A stretch of DNA of 64,000 bases from Raillietiella orientalis (Eukaryota), in contig JAYWIR010000006.1 in assembly GCA_036172245.1 (NCBI GenBank), positions 2,914,001 through 2,978,000 of the forward strand, in the 5' to 3' direction. The notes below the pieces were generated by a model, which searched no databases, was not told the origin of the DNA, and saw only the letters and a program-made list of their open reading frames with translations. Made by a program: the position numbers and the translations under genes. Below are positions 45,301 through 59,530 of the stretch, piece by piece; position 1 is the stretch's first letter, and each line of letters starts with the position of its first letter.

Positions 45301-48300
45301 GGACGGCAGAAGGATGCACCCCGCCGTGCGCTGGTGGCTTCGGCGCCACGGTGCAGGAGCGGCACGCGGCACCTTTGTGCCATCCTCGGACCCTTTCAGC
45401 TCTCGGAGGATCCGTTGGCCTTCACCCGCGCCAGGGGGAGTCAGCCAAGTCCACCGCAAAGGACGCGCCAAGTCTTCCCCGAGGCTCCCTCCAGCAGGTC
45501 GCAGGTGAGGGAAAATCCAGCGGCTAGGAGGAAAGGAAGGCGGGAAGGGTGCGACCCAAGGAGCCCTTTTTTCCGCAATCGAGGGAGAGAGAACCTCGCG
45601 CCCTCCACCAAAAAGAACGCGTTGCTGCGAGAATCGCTCCTGGGCACGGGGATCGTGAGGTCACGGGGAGAGGGCAGTGCAACGTGGTATGCGTCCCTCT
45701 GGGCCTGGTAGGAGTGTCGACGCCCTCGAAGGGCGCAAACCGGCGCGCGACGCTGGACGATGGGGTTTTCCCGGCCGTGCCGGAGGGCAGGCGGCTGGCA
45801 AGCAGCTCCCGTCCCGTCTCTTAAGGCGCTCCTGCTCCCTGCCTCCTCGACTACAGCAGCACGTTGGATGCTAGTCAGCCGCGGGACCTGCCGAGTGGTC
45901 CTCGCAGTCGTGGCGTCCTTGCTGCAGGGGTACCGCTGCCGTGGCGAGGAATGGCAGGAAGAAGGCGAGGTCTCCCAGTGACCACCGACCTAACAGGCTT
46001 TGTTTCTCGCCTGCAGATAGGAGGGAGGAAGGCAGGAACGGGTCCCATACGCAGCGTGACCACCTCGGGATGGGTGCTGCTCCGCATCTGGATGCGTCGC
46101 CCCCGAGAAGCCGCGGCATGGTGAGGTGACCCCCCCACCGTCTATGAAGAAGAGGAGAAGGGAACCCCCTAGAGTTTCCTCCTGCCCTTTCCATCCTTTT
46201 ACTCCTCCTCCTCCCCCTTTTCCTATCCCCATCCCCCACTGAGCTTACGTGAATTTGAGGTGAGCCAGGGTGTGTCTCCGGCCGCCTCTGCAGGTGCCGC
46301 TACCGGAGCGTTTCGTCGGCTGGAAGGCCACCGCAGCGTCGCTCATCCCGGCCAGGCGGTGGTCGCGGTGATATTGGCGGTGGCGGTCCATCCCTCTTCC
46401 GTTCTCCGGGTGGCGTGGAAGGGTGCGGGGGGAGGGGGAGGGGGAAAGAACACTCACGCGGCGGGGTCGGGAGAACGAGGAGAAGGAGCACCGCTGGCGA
46501 CGAGGACGACCGCTCGCAGCCGCCGGGCTGCGGGAGTGTTCGGGAGTGGACGGGGAAGGAGAAGGCAAGGCGTGCAGAGGAAAGCGGGAAAAAAAGGGAA
46601 GAGGGAGAGGGAGAGGGAGAAGGAGGAGGAGGAGGAGGAGGAGGAAGGTAGGATGGAGAAGAGCTGAGAGGAAGGGAAGGGGGAGGAGGATTGGCGAACA
46701 AAAGGCAGGAAGGTGTGTGCGCGCGCCAGCGCACAGGCGCAGCAGGAGCCTGCCGCCACAGCTGCTTCGGTGTTTCCCTCCCCCCTCTCTTCTCCCTTCG
46801 TTCCTTCGTTTTCCTGTTTCTCCTCCTTCCCCAGCTGGCAGCACCTGCGGCAGAGTCGCGCACGCACGAGAGAGTACCCCCTAGAAATCTGCGCGCTCCC
46901 GGGGAGGCGGAGGGCGGAGGGAGGAAGATGAACGCATAGGGACGGCGGAAAAACGCTCCCTGAACGATTTCCTTTTTCTCCCTCCTTCGCCGCGAGGTTG
47001 GGGGAGGTCGCGTTTCTACCTCGCGGAGGACATGGTCATCGCCACTGCCGTCTGCCGGGAGTGTTCGAAGACCCGAGGAGGGCTGGGAGGACCAGGGAAA
47101 GTGGACGCGGGCTGGAGCCAGGAGAGGGCGGGTGAGGTCTAGTCCATTCGGAGGAGGATGCCTCAAGGAAAGCAGGAGCTCTGGGCCGAGGGGCTGAAGT
47201 AGGTGTCCCGTGGCTCACTTGCGCTATCCACGAAACCTTGAATGTCCAGGGAGACAGAACCTCGCCGTCAGCGTACCCCATCGTTGCGTGGTCGATGTGG
47301 GAACTCGGAGGGACCCTAGTAAGAGACGTCGTCCCCGTGTGTTTGTGTTTGGGGGGGGGGGGAAGTGTGCAGCAAGTGAGTTCTTCTCGAATTTCCATGG
47401 TGGCCGACGGGAGCTAGAATGACCTGAAATCCTCAAGAGCTTGCAAGAGTGCGTCCACCTGCCGCAGGCGTTCAGGCGAGAGGACGCGCGCTCTCTGAGA
47501 AGAAAATGCTATCTGGAGGCCGATCTCCAAGAAACCCACGTGGAATGAAGTCGGCCTATTCCAGACTGTCGAACCTCTCGAGAAGTGGCCTAAGATCGGT
47601 GACGATGGGGAGACACGGGAGCGAAACCGGCGGAAGCGAGGGATGGCATCGAGAGGTGACCAACCGTCCCGGGCGCTATGCAATAGGGCGCCTTCGGAGG
47701 GCAACGCTTGTCCGGTTACGCGCAGGAGTACTGACTCGAGCGGCTCGCTCCTTTCCTCCCGTGTTCCCGCAGCAAAGAAAGTCTCTGCGGGAGCTGTGGG
47801 GTTGCCTGGCGACGGGCCGAGCTCTGCGACCGCGCTGCTGCGGTCCTACGCCAGGCCCTGAAGGCAGCGACGCTCGAGAAAGGGATGAGTGCGCGGGCAG
47901 CGGTCGGATGTCGTCATCTAATCGCACCAGGTGGATGGCATGGCTCCCATCTTCCTCTTCCTCGTATTCCCACCACCTCCTGCTCTACGGCAAACTCCAG
48001 GTCGCGCCCAAGTGGGTGGGCGAAGGAGGCTCGTCCCTTCTCCTGTTCTCTCCTCGAAATGCTGCCCGAAGAACCTTGATTCCCTTCCCGTTCGCTCGCC
48101 TCTTCCCCTCCCGCTCCTGGATCCACCTTTCACGCCTTCCTGGGGCGCGACAGACGCGTCATTCTGGCTCGGAGGAACCGCAGCTCCTCTTGTGACCCTT
48201 GCTGCTGGTGCGCTGAGGCACCTTCGACCGCTTCCAGAGCTTCCTCCCTGTGGCTCCCGCGAGGTGGAGAACTTCCTTCCTGCTTCAGGGGTGCCATAAC

Positions 48301-48699
48301 CCACCCTCGCGAGGAACGAGGGTTCCTCGACCGCAGGAAGTCGGTCGGCGCCCAGTGCGAGCGATGGCGGTACCTCGCAAGGTCGTCCGCCAGAGCACCA
48401 CCTTGCTCGGTCTCCTTAGCAGCACGAGAAACGTCTTCCAAGAGGTCATCTGGTGCTTCCGCTTCCTCGGTGAGAATGAACCGTCCTCTGCATCCTCGGA
48501 TAGCCGGAGGGGGAAGCTGAGGATGGATCCGCATCTCCGAGGGAGGGATGCCCTTCCCTCGTATCACACGCCTTCAGCCAGCTGAGGATTTCGAAGATAG
48601 GTTCTTCCTTTTTCCAGGTGGGAAGATTCCTGTGCCTCTCTCCCTCTCTTGACCTAGGCTACCGTTGCAAGGGGGAGCAGTGGGGGAAGAGATCCCTTC

Positions 48700-48960
48700 C
48701 ACAGAATACCCCGCGGATGGGAGACTTCTCGTGGACCGGGGACGTCGGTTCTTCGCATTCAGCGTGTCGGAACTCCCTCCTGTCCGTGGCCCATGACGAC
48801 CTGGAAACGCTGAGGTAATCGCGAGGGCCTGGGTGCTGCGCCCATTTCCCCTCCGGATGTGCTCGGTCTGCTGCAGAAGGGGGCCAATCGCCCTTCCTAG
48901 AAGAAAGGTGGTGTTGGGCGTCGTGCTGCAGTGCCTGCACGAAGTGCTTCCGAGCTGCTG
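48700..48960 (-). mobile_element. Possible DIRS RT remnant
   Basis: HFVQ...RKGDW...QHPGPRDYLSV...REFR, resembling FV...GDW...IHPxxRxYLxF...YQFR. Confidence 0.3.
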
Positions 48961-51559
48961 CCAAAAGAGGTGCCAGGAAGGGAAGTTGCTCTGGGAAGAG
49001 TGCCTCTCGGAAAGGAGACAAGGAGATGATGTGGAAGGCGAGAGAAGGGAGGATCCTCTCCGCTGCAAAGGGCTGGAGCTTGGAAACGAAGCGTGCCCTT
49101 GAGCGAAGTCCATGCTGACCTCGATAGATTGCCGCGCTGTCCCTCCAGGCACTCTGCCACACCGAAGCTTCCGTCTACCGCCACTACCACGGCAAAAAGG
49201 GCACTCAGTATCACTCCCAGACGAGGTTTGCGGACCGCGTTACGCCTGCTGCCTCCCGGGGCAGCTGACCAGGACGGAGGCGGGGAGGCGGAGGAGACCC
49301 AGGGGCGCACAGGTTCGCCCGGGAACCGGCGCGAACCTTTCGCGTCTGGGCATCAGGTCGAGGACCGGAGTCTCTGCAAGAGCAGTTCTTAGAGTGCAGT
49401 GACAAGTTCGGGGAGGAGACGATTCTTTCTGGTGGGTGTATCTCGCAGTCTCCGGACGGGTCGTCTCTCCGTTCGTTCACACGTCTCTCACGGCAAAAGC
49501 AAACGGGTTCACATCGCATACGTCCTCGCTCCCCCCTCTTCACCCCCCTCCCCCCTTCCTCGAGGACAAGGAACAAGCTGGGAATAAATCTAGGAATTTT
49601 CTCCACCACTTTCTCCTCTTCGCTGAGGCGCAGGGTGAAGCAGATAACGTCCCTATCGCGCCGTCTCATCCCGCGTAGCTCCAGGCCGTCCACGTAGGCA
49701 GCAGCAATGAGCTCGCAGCCACAGCCAGCAGCATCGCGCAGAGTTGCAGATCACGTGGTAGGGCACGGTTCTCTCGCAACACCTCCGAAGAGAATCCGGG
49801 GGCCGCTTGCTCGGGCGCCACCACCCCCAGAGAAACTTCTCAGGTTTCTTCGGCGAAGAAGGCGAGCGGGGAAAGCGGCGAGATCCAATGGTGGCTATTG
49901 CGGCGGCAAGGACACGCGACGCGGAGAGGCGTCTTCCCGTGGCAGAAGAGAAGAGTTCGGCAGCGCCTGCCGACATCCGGAGCAACTGAGGTTTCCTTCG
50001 GAGATGCAATCTCCTTCGTTTCCCCTCCGCGACTGTCCTGCTTCCTGTTTTATAAACGCAGTTGTTGATCAACAAAAGGAGATGATTCTCCCATCTCCCT
50101 TTGTTCATTACCCTTCGGCCTCATTCCCAGCTCTGATGGCTCGAGAAAGATAGGCTCACACATCAGTAAGACTGAAATTAGGGGGCATCAATACAGCATT
50201 CAAAGAGGGAGAGGAGGGAAAGGAATGGCCGCTGCAGACTTTAAATTCTGTTTGTCTAAAATTGTGACCCACAGCCGCAGATCCCTCGATAGGGTTGCGC
50301 CCCCGTTCTGACAACAAGGTTGCCTGCCGCTGATCTGGGAGAAATACGATGGGTTGCCTCGTTCGTCGAGGAGTAATCAGTGCATAAGCGGCGTCCTCAA
50401 CAGCGGAAGGATCGCCGGAAAAAGTCTGTTAGACTGGGGAAGTGGAACATCACCGACCGACGTGATTCCACTGCGTGAATTCCCTCTGAAAACGTCTGCT
50501 TTGGTGGTATCACTGGTGTGCCGGTTCAGGGAATTTCCTATGAGTCGCGGGTTGCTCCCCTGAGATGGTTATAGGGAAAAGGAAGGATGGGGAGCGGATG
50601 CTGCTGTTCGCTGCCATCTTTCTTCCAGTCGACATGGTGATCGAAGGGATATTCAATACGCAGTGCGCGTCCAACGCAGAAGTCCATCTTCGGCGCTGCT
50701 TTTCCTCGGCTTCATCATCGTAGAGTTGGTCTCATCTGGCATCGAATTCAAGGCTGACCTCGAAAAAAAAAAAAAAGAAAAGAAAAGAAAACAACGACAA
50801 CTAGGGGTCGCGATCTCAGATTGGAAATTGCATCTATATTCAGACTGGGAACCGGGATTAGAGAAATGAAAAGATCCAGGAAGCGTGCTTGCAAAAAAAC
50901 GCATTACACGGGACGAGACTTCTTTCGAGGCGTTCGGATTTCGGGGAGAGAGAGAAAGAAAAAGAAAAAAGAAGAAAACGGAAGGAAAAAAAAAGTGTTT
51001 TATTCTTTGTAATGGAGCTTTGATCTTTATAATGGAGATGAAAGTTCCTTGCACATTAGGAATCTAAGAATAAGTAATAAGATTTTCGAATACTGCCCCC
51101 GTATCCACGGAGGAACTCGATCTTCGTTTTTAACTCCATAGCAGTCGTGAGAGATGTGTCGATGAATACTGAAACGGTGGGAGAGAAAGGCATTTTTCTC
51201 AATCTTTCTATGCAGCGGCATTCGCGACAAAGCCGAGAAGAATCCTTTTGAAGTACGTTCCTCCTGGAGGAGGAAACCCGGAAGCGATTGATCGGCAGAC
51301 GAGCTCCCTTTTTCTGGTATCATCTTCAAGCAGTTGCAGGAAGAAACGAAAGCAGGCAGACTCTGCTTCGGAAACTCCCTTAAGCGGCACAGAAAATTTT
51401 CCTGGGTCCCTCATCTTCCTGCTTTTTTTGGTGCTCAAGCGAGAATTTTCAAAGGAGATTCACACGAGCGTTCCGGGCTTTCCATTCCCCATCCAGGATC
51501 AGGGCAACTCTGGTTCTGCACGTCTCGCAAGGCGTGGAGTCGGCGGCGCCAGTTTCCTC

Positions 51560-52920
51560 TAGGACGGTGCCTCTAATAACTTCGTCAATCGAAAATTTCG
51601 GGGGTCGTTCCAGCAGCCAGTGACGCGGACGTGGGGCGTCTTCCAAGAATGCCCTACGCTGGGGTGGGGGCAGGCGGGTGCGCTTCGTCGACATTCCTTA
51701 ATTCTGCCTCAATCTCCAAGCGCCCAGGCGCAGCAAAAGTTGGGTCATCGACATTTGGATCAAGGAAACTCCACTCAGGGTTCCTTCCATCAGTCTTGAT
51801 TCAAACTTCCCACCGTGCTAAACGAGAGAGTCATTCCAATGCCCTGCCCCTCAGTGGTTGCTGGTTGTTCAGAGGCATGCATCAGATGTATGGGTACTGC
51901 CGAAGAGAGGCAACAGGCTTTCTTGGGAACCGGAGCTCTGCGACGATCGATGGGCGAAGGTCGCGTTAATGCCTCGGCTCTCACGCTTCAGCTGCCATTT
52001 CATCCAACCTACGGCATGGAAAATCCATCGCTGCAACCTCGAGGTGGAATGCATCGTCGGAGCCTGCCGGAACTTTTGCGTGCGCTCCTGGAGGCTCGGA
52101 ATAACCCGAAAGCGCGGAACAAATCTTCAGCTTCTCATCGGACCGAGCTGATTACCACAGAAAATCGCATACTGAACGCTCGGGTAATTTCGAATTTTCG
52201 GAGAAGGTTCCGAACACGCGCAGAAGGAGGAGGAAGAGGAGGAAAAAATGACAGGCAACTTTGGGTAACACGAGTTCTCAATCATTCCTGATAGTCCAGC
52301 CAGGCAACCCAAAAACGATCTGCCATTCAGGTATCCCTTGAACGAACCTCATTTCTCAGTCCTTTAGGAACGATCCCCTGGATTCTTGGAGCTTCATCGC
52401 AGCCGGGAAAGTCAGGAATCCGGGAACCCTGCTCTCTCGCGGCCTCTGGACGTCTGCAGTCGATGGAATTCTCGTCTGCCATCTGAAATTCTTTCATTGT
52501 TGTTATTACTCTCCGGGAAGGTCCAACACGATTCTCCCACAGACGTCCTCACAAAGGCGCTTTCATTCCGACAGCAGGGCGGTGATAGATCGAGGAACCA
52601 CAGACACCGAGCCGCGAACCGGCGCCGTGGAGAAGAGACAGTACATTCCTTCCGCTCACCCAACCTGGCCTCGAGATTGCGCAGCAGGAAGAAATGCACC
52701 CAAGGGACGAGAAGGTGGACAGGTCACGGAGATGAAGACGATGGCAAAGGAATGACCCGAGGAATGCCCCGTTTGCCGCTTGAAGCCCCTCTGTTCGCCG
52801 AGTCAACAGGGGTGGTTGGCGCTTCTTGCCGGATTCCCGGCAGCCGCAGGACGCCGCAATGTGGGGACGCGGGGACAGCAGCGATCCGACGGTGTTCACG
52901 CGACTTGACTCTTGGGTTGC
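51560..52920 (-). mobile_element. Decayed DIRS-like YR region, related copy
   Basis: Nucleotide homology to 62200-62417. About 1.3 kb downstream is KTPHVRVTGCW...SIDEVIR, resembling the YR H-x-x-R box and the following helix. Confidence 0.45.
52697..52918. repeat. Interspersed repeat homologous to 62200-62417
   Basis: Shared colinear blocks: CAAGGGAC, TGGACAGG, CGCCGAGTCAACAGGG, CCGCAGGACG, ATGTGGGGACGCGGGGACAG, CCGACGGTGTTC, TGACTCTTGGGTT. Confidence 0.9.
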
Positions 52921-55900
52921 CCTTGGGAACTAAAGGGAGTCCTTTGGCTGCTGTGCAGGATATCCCATTATCTGCGCGGCATCTTCTCGATACGACCAAT
53001 CAAGGCGTACTAAAATACCATGCAAAGCTCATTTCGAAGCCTCAGAACACCAAGGCCTGTTGGTTCAAATGAGCATGCGATTTTGGAGGCGTGGCCATTC
53101 TATCCGTTCGTGTCTAGGATGTCTAGGACTTTACGTTAGCGTGAGGAGATTTCATGCTACATCTCTCAATTGTGTGCTGTATTACTCGAAGGAGGGTCAC
53201 GGTGGTTAGCATTAATTTCTCTTTTTGGAAGACGACAGTAGGTTGTTGGTCATCGTGCTCCATGAGATGACGATGCAATCCTTCCTCCTCATATGCAAGA
53301 GTTTTGCCGTTTCTCTCAAAATCCTCGTCCTGTTTATAAACCACGAACCTTTGCGTCGTCATGTAGGGTACCTCAATATTGATCCTTGGTTTGGTCTCCC
53401 AGTGGTCTCGTTGTTCGTCTAAGAAGCCGCTCCTAAGATGAGGATTTTTCCATCTAGAAGAGTGACGGAGAGAAAAGTCTTCCTTCACAGAACCATGTCA
53501 GTGCGAATGAAAAATCTTCTCCTGCATACCCGCTCTTCATCACAAGAGGTTTGCGCGTCGAAACTTTATCGCCTGAGGGCACAGGTGCCGAGAAGCGAGG
53601 AGCAGAGGTCCTTTCTCGAGACCCACAACGAATCTTCTCGCTTCGTCTTACTCTCAGCGGCTGCTGCCTGCCATCAGGAAGATCTTCATTCATGTGGCTG
53701 TGTGGAAATTCCAGAGCGGGACATTCCTGGCTCTGCACAGCAAGCATGGGGAAGAGGCCAAGAATCCTCAAGATTCGTTCACAAATTCCGCCTTGTCGGT
53801 GCGGCAGGAGAGACTCCTCTTAGCTTCTCCGGCTGCTTCCGAGAGAAGCAGCGAAAGGCGATTCCTGTGGGAAATGGCAAGTGGATCGCGCGGAAGAGCA
53901 CCGAAACCTCACCGTGGAGCGTGAGTGCCGCTTCGTTCGGTCAGTTGCTCACTCGAAGCTGGAAAATACTCCGTAAAAGTGAAGATGGCGATACCTGGAA
54001 ATGAACATTCAGCTGAGGGATTCTGTTGGATCTATCCGGGTAACATCCAAACCCTCGTCCCCTTCCAGCTTCATGTACTGAGACGAGGGTTCATGTACTG
54101 AACCCTCGTCTTCTTCCTGCCAACCGATTCCAGGTTTCCTGCATCATCAGACGACTTGCAATCATCAGTTTGTTGTATCTTTTAACAGAGAAGGCTACGG
54201 AAAATGAAGATTCTCGCATCGCTTCATCCTCTCTCGTGTTGCTCGAGAGATACTCCGGCCTTTTCCGTTTCCGCGGAGGACTTTTTCAGTCCATCCCTTT
54301 GTTTTCTTTGATCTGCAATTTCAGTAGAGTCGCGTGGAGACTCAAAGGTTCTCAAAGACTTGTAAGTTCCTCGGCCTTAATTTTACTTCCATCACCAAGT
54401 CCTGGAGACGGAGTATTTCTGGTTCATTGGATCGCTTCTTCATCAACTTCATCTCCTTCTAAATAAGCTTGCTAATCAGTTGCGTGGATTCGCTTCCACG
54501 GTGACGTGACGTAATGAACCTTGATTCCCCGTTTCCATTACTCTCCGTTGTTTCCATTACTGTCGTTTTCGTCCTGTCCGTCTTCTGCCCCTTTGAAACC
54601 TTTCCCGAGACTCTGAGCAGGAATTCATTCCTCCTGGGTACCGATCTCTCGTGAAACTGAGCCGGGGAAGATCCCGGGACAAGATCAGGATGCAACTCAG
54701 CTCCCTGACTGCCTTTGGACAGGGTCCGTCTTTTCCCTGCGACCGCCGGATCCTTCTCAACTTTGAGGCCGGGGATGCTCCCTGAAATCTCCCGCACTGT
54801 CGCTCGTCAGCCTCGAGATCCAGGAAGTCCAGAAAACGTCCTGTTGGCTCCGTTCTTCCGCGTTTAAAGTTGGCGCACAAACACGTGGGGATTTTTCCCT
54901 CTTCACGTTACTCGCGATGATGGGAGGTCGGTGTTTGCAGTTGTTCCATGAGGTCATCAGTGGGTTTTCCTGGAGCGCTTGCTCAGAGAATCAAAGAACC
55001 AACTTGCCGATTCTTCGGGTTGCATCCTTCCTGGAGAGAAGACTGTGACCACCTGCTTGCTGCGTCTACTGTGCCCTCCTCAACCCCAATCCTTTCTGCT
55101 TTCTCGCTCTTCATTGAGACGCCCCAGGAGATTCGTTGCTTTGTCTCTTGCCGCTGCACGCTCGCCGATCGACAGAGCCCATCCTTTCTTCCGGGATCCG
55201 ACCTTGCCGATCCGTTTGACTACCCTGCAAGATTTCCGCGTCTCCAGCGGAAGTCGCCTTTCGGGAACCTCCTTAGGTGCGCCTACTACCTAAGTGTTTC
55301 TCGCTCATTTCGGTCGACAGTAGGAACACGAGACCAAAGCTCAGTGTCCTCCCATACGGGGTATTCGAAGTAACACGCGGGTGGCCACTCCATCCGCAGC
55401 AAAACCTCCGGTTGACCAGGGCTGATTTCAAAAGAATTCCTCAGGAAGCTTCGAGCTGGAAGCAACGACTGTCTCCAGCTTGACCTCTTATCAAGATGAT
55501 CGAGACGATCTTGAACTTTAATCATGGTTTGTAGGGTGGTCAAGGCTTCATTCCCGTAGGTTAGTCGGAAGTGATCACTAAGCCGCAAGACGCAATCACA
55601 CGCGAGACGCTTCCGGCGAGTGGGGTCGGCGCCCACAGAGAGAAAGAGGTGACAGTCGCAGAAAGGATTCGACCGACATACTTGGTCAGATGGGAAGCTG
55701 AGGCCGGATCGACTCGGAGAAAAAAAAAGGCCCAAAGCGATTTTTCCGCCGCTGCATCCAATCGTGCAGACTGCTGCTACACAGTCGGGCACAGGGTGAC
55801 AGGGAGACCGGCGCTGTTCGTGCTGCGGCACGGACCGGCCTCCAGGTCACCCGAAAAAAGTCCGCTTCCGGGAATGCTCAGCTGACTCCGCGTTGGCCTA

Positions 55901-57479
55901 AAGCCCTTGGGAGGCATCTATTCAGCACCCGGAGACGGTGCTTCCGCCGTGCGGGAAAAAAAAAAAAATCCAGACTCCGCAGCTTCCGAACACGGAATGC
56001 AACGCGTCCGCAACGAGATTAAACAGTTCATCGATTTTCACGGAGGAGAGTCACAAGGCGTCGCGCTGGAAGATTCAGGTGGCTTCCTCCAGCAGCCCGC
56101 GCCTCCACTTATCGGTTTCCCGGAGCTTCGGTGGGAGGTGGGTGCCGACAGAATGGTTCGCTGGCAGGAAGGAGCCGTCCCTTTCTTCTCGAGTCTTCCG
56201 CAGGTAATTATAAACACAGCTTCACTTTTTTCTTGCACAAAAAGTGTCTGGAATGCCCATAAATTCACATCCGAATCTCAGCGACGTCGAAGGCAAGTCC
56301 TGGCTCACCAAGGAGTCGGTGACCCGGGAGTTGGCAGAACCAATGCGTTCCGCAGCAGCGGGAACTCGTCCTGCCGTTTGGGAAGGAAGATAAATGAAAA
56401 TGAAACATCTGTTCCCGGTGGAGGGAGCTCGAAACGGCGCTCCAGCCGAACGTTCTGACGACGCCAGCGTGAAAAGATCCTGCGGAAAGGAGTTCCTGCC
56501 CTGCTCCACATTAGCGGGATCATCCCTAGCATTCATAATAAAGCCGCTGTTTTGTCTCTGGGATTCTGATGCGCCTCCTCCTCCTCTTTGATCAGCATCG
56601 AATCTACAAGCAGCAACAAGTGAAGTGGGCCCACTTCTGAAGATATGGATTTTGCCCGCGTGGGCGGCTGTGGTGGCTGCGGCCTCCGCTCGCGTGGCAC
56701 CGAGCGTCGCGGGTTCCAAGCCCGCCCGCGGAGGGATGGACACCGAGAAATGGGTGAATCGTGAATTTCGAACACCTTCCCTTCATCGCAGGATGGCGCT
56801 GGCTGGTCCACGGACTTCGCATGCGACACTGGCGAAAGCAGCCAGAAACCGGATGCCCGGTTGACTGACCGAGATTGGTAGTCGACCCTCCGGGGTCCTT
56901 CAGGATTTCCATCTGCCTAAAAAAATGGAGCTGCATTTCTTCCTGAGAGGGAACCAAACCCTCTCCATCGCGTACCATGGAGCTAGTTTATACCCCCCGG
57001 GGGTTTGCCTCTCTAAAGTGTGAGAAGCGAGCGCCCTTCAGAGAAATAGGGAAGCCTGCCTTCGGGGTTCTCTTCAGAGGAGGAAACGGGGAGAGGTTCC
57101 CTTGTGGGTTCCCTTCGAAGAAGAAATGAGGAGCAATCCCCCTCTGGAGAGGTCCTTTCGTAGTAATTAAGACTTCGGGGTTTCTTTTGGAGACAACCAT
57201 AACGAGTTCCCTTCAGAATTCCTTCCCAAGCGTAAAAGGAACAGACTCCTTCCTCCGGAGCCTTCCTGAATTCATAAGGTGGTCTATCCGGGGTTACCCC
57301 CTATAACTTGAAGTCGGCCAAATGGGAAGTCACATGCGAAATAGGTTTTCGGACGAAGGAATTAGGTGGTTGGACCGCGGACGCTTCGACCCCAAGGACT
57401 TTACGGAAGGAACTACCGCGCTGGGATGAGCTGCTGGGAATCCCACGGGAAGAACTCGAGTGGCCCCAGCGCTGAAGAA

Positions 57480-57730
57480 CAACCGGGCCCTCTCCCTGAA
57501 GTGGCAGGAGTCGGCACTTCTGCTGCTGCACTGGGGCATCCCGTGCAACGCCCTCCGCTCTCACTGGACCTGGGAGGCTGTGGACCCCAACTGTTGCAGG
57601 TGCGAGGAACGGGCATCCCAGCTCTCGCACCTGCTTGTAGACTGTGTGTTGCCCTCCAGCCCCTATGGTTGCGTTACGCAACGGCCCTTAGCACCGACGG
57701 GCAATCCCAGGAACGTGTTGAAGCGCCTCT
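57480..57730 (-). mobile_element. DIRS-like tyrosine recombinase C-terminal remnant
   Basis: Frameshifted GAKGRCV / NATIG.W / AGMPVP / VGVHSL, resembling KGxxVSxxTIxxW...AG..P...HSxR. Confidence 0.4.
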
Positions 57731-58649
57731 TCGTGCGCGATTCCTTTTCGCTTGCCGCATCTTCAGCAGTTCTTTGCTGCCTACTTGGGATTGTAGCAGC
57801 CTGGAGCTACGTGAGAGGAGAATGGCGCGATAGGGGCGCTATCTGATTCGCCCTGAGCTTCCTGCGGTTCGCAGCAAGATGGCTCCATCTGGGGCATACT
57901 CTGATGGATCTTGACGACATCCTGCATAGGATGCAGAAGGTGCCCTCCAGACACTGATCCCTTCCTGTACCCCGAGGAGTTTTTTTTTTTTAATAATTTT
58001 CCATTTATTTTATTTTTGTTTGCCCCTCTTCCCCCTTCCTGCATTGCCGAGGGTTGCCTCGCGGGCATGCGTACCAGTTACTCGGCAGGTTGCGAGCACT
58101 TTCGGACGATGTAGGGTCCATGGCCCTACACATTCATGCTCACCATTTTTATTATAAATGCCCCGGCGTGACCGAGTGATAGACCTATAAATTAAAGGAT
58201 TATACGCACCCTCGGGTGAACCAAGAAGAAAAAAGAGAAAATACTGGAGGCAAAGCAGCGAAAGCAGAGAAAGCGAAGGATGTCCTTCACCCTAGGCCAA
58301 TAATGACGATCTCCCCGTGAAGTCGCTACTGGCCTTTTTTTTTATTTTCGAAAGGAAAAAGATATGCTTTTTACAGTGTGTGAATCGTAGAGGTGTCTTC
58401 GGTATCTGTAATCACCACAGAGATGTTGTCGGCTATACGAAGGCTGGTTCTATCCGAAGGAGTTCAGAGGTTCTCAGGTCATCATGAGAAAGATGGAATC
58501 ATGCTCATCATAATGCACTTTTTAGGCATGTTTGACCATTCCCTCCCTTGATGGTCGCATCACATTCGGATCCGCCCTCAAATGAAGCGCATGGAAGTTA
58601 GCAATGCAGCGAAACGGCGGAGAGGAAACTCCGTCACCTTCTCTTTCTC

Positions 58650-59530
58650 TCAGAGCTCTTGCGCGGCAGTGGAGCCTCATGGTCATCTCTGCTTACCATG
58701 GGTTTCGTTTCTTTCGCCAATGAAGGGAAGTATCGACTCAGGAAGAACTCTTTTGAACTCCTCCTCGACTCTAAAGAAATCACACTCCTAATCCAGTTTG
58801 TGCCAGCATGAGGAAGGATCAATGCTGGGAGAAAGAATTTCCAAAGCAGCATGCGCTTAGATTCTTCTGCCTGCAGGGCTGCTATCCGAATCTTTTGTTT
58901 CCCCCCAGGAGGTTCGCGGCAGGGCAGCATCCGTCCTCAGTGTGTACCACTGGTGCGGTTCCAACGGAGCGTTCTCTCATCAGCAGGGCAAAGATCCTGC
59001 TGATGAGTCAGGACGAGTCCCCTGTGGTTTTCAAGATGAGAAAGCGCGTCCACTGCGCTCCGACTCTTCCGTCTGGGTTTCTCGGTTCCCGCATCTCGGA
59101 AACCATTCGGTTTCAAGCGCATCGCTAAATCTCACCAGCAGCTTGGCAACCCTGCAGGGCACTGGAGGCCAGTTTTCCATGCCGGATCCTCTTGCCACCA
59201 AGCAAAAGGATCCGAGAACAACCAGTCGCGGATCTTTTCTTCTGCGGTGACCGTTGGGAAGCAGATCCGAGAACGTCATGTGCGAGAAATTTCGGCGCGA
59301 AAACCAAGCGAGTAAGGAGCTCCCCGAGCTGGACTTTACGATTGTCCTTTGGGGTCTCTCTTCTTCTCGAACACCCCCAGCAGCCTTCGGAGAAGGAAAG
59401 GTTTACCTGCACATTCGGCAAGACTGTCGACAGCACATCCAAATCGAAAGCCAACACCAGCCATTTTGCTGCCCTCGCGAAGGTGTGGACGGGAACACAC
59501 GGTGCTTCGTACAGGAATTTCACCTCCCCT
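58650..59530 (-). mobile_element. Possible DIRS-like YR remnant
   Basis: FLYEAPCVPV (cf. PFEPL), LVFAPKFLA (cf. LxxxPxFLxK) and TNWIRSVI (cf. WIxxxI), in the expected order. Confidence 0.3.

Noticed and set aside
56720..56780. EIHDSPIS resembling an integrase zinc-finger start
   Set aside because: No second His or CxxC at the right spacing.
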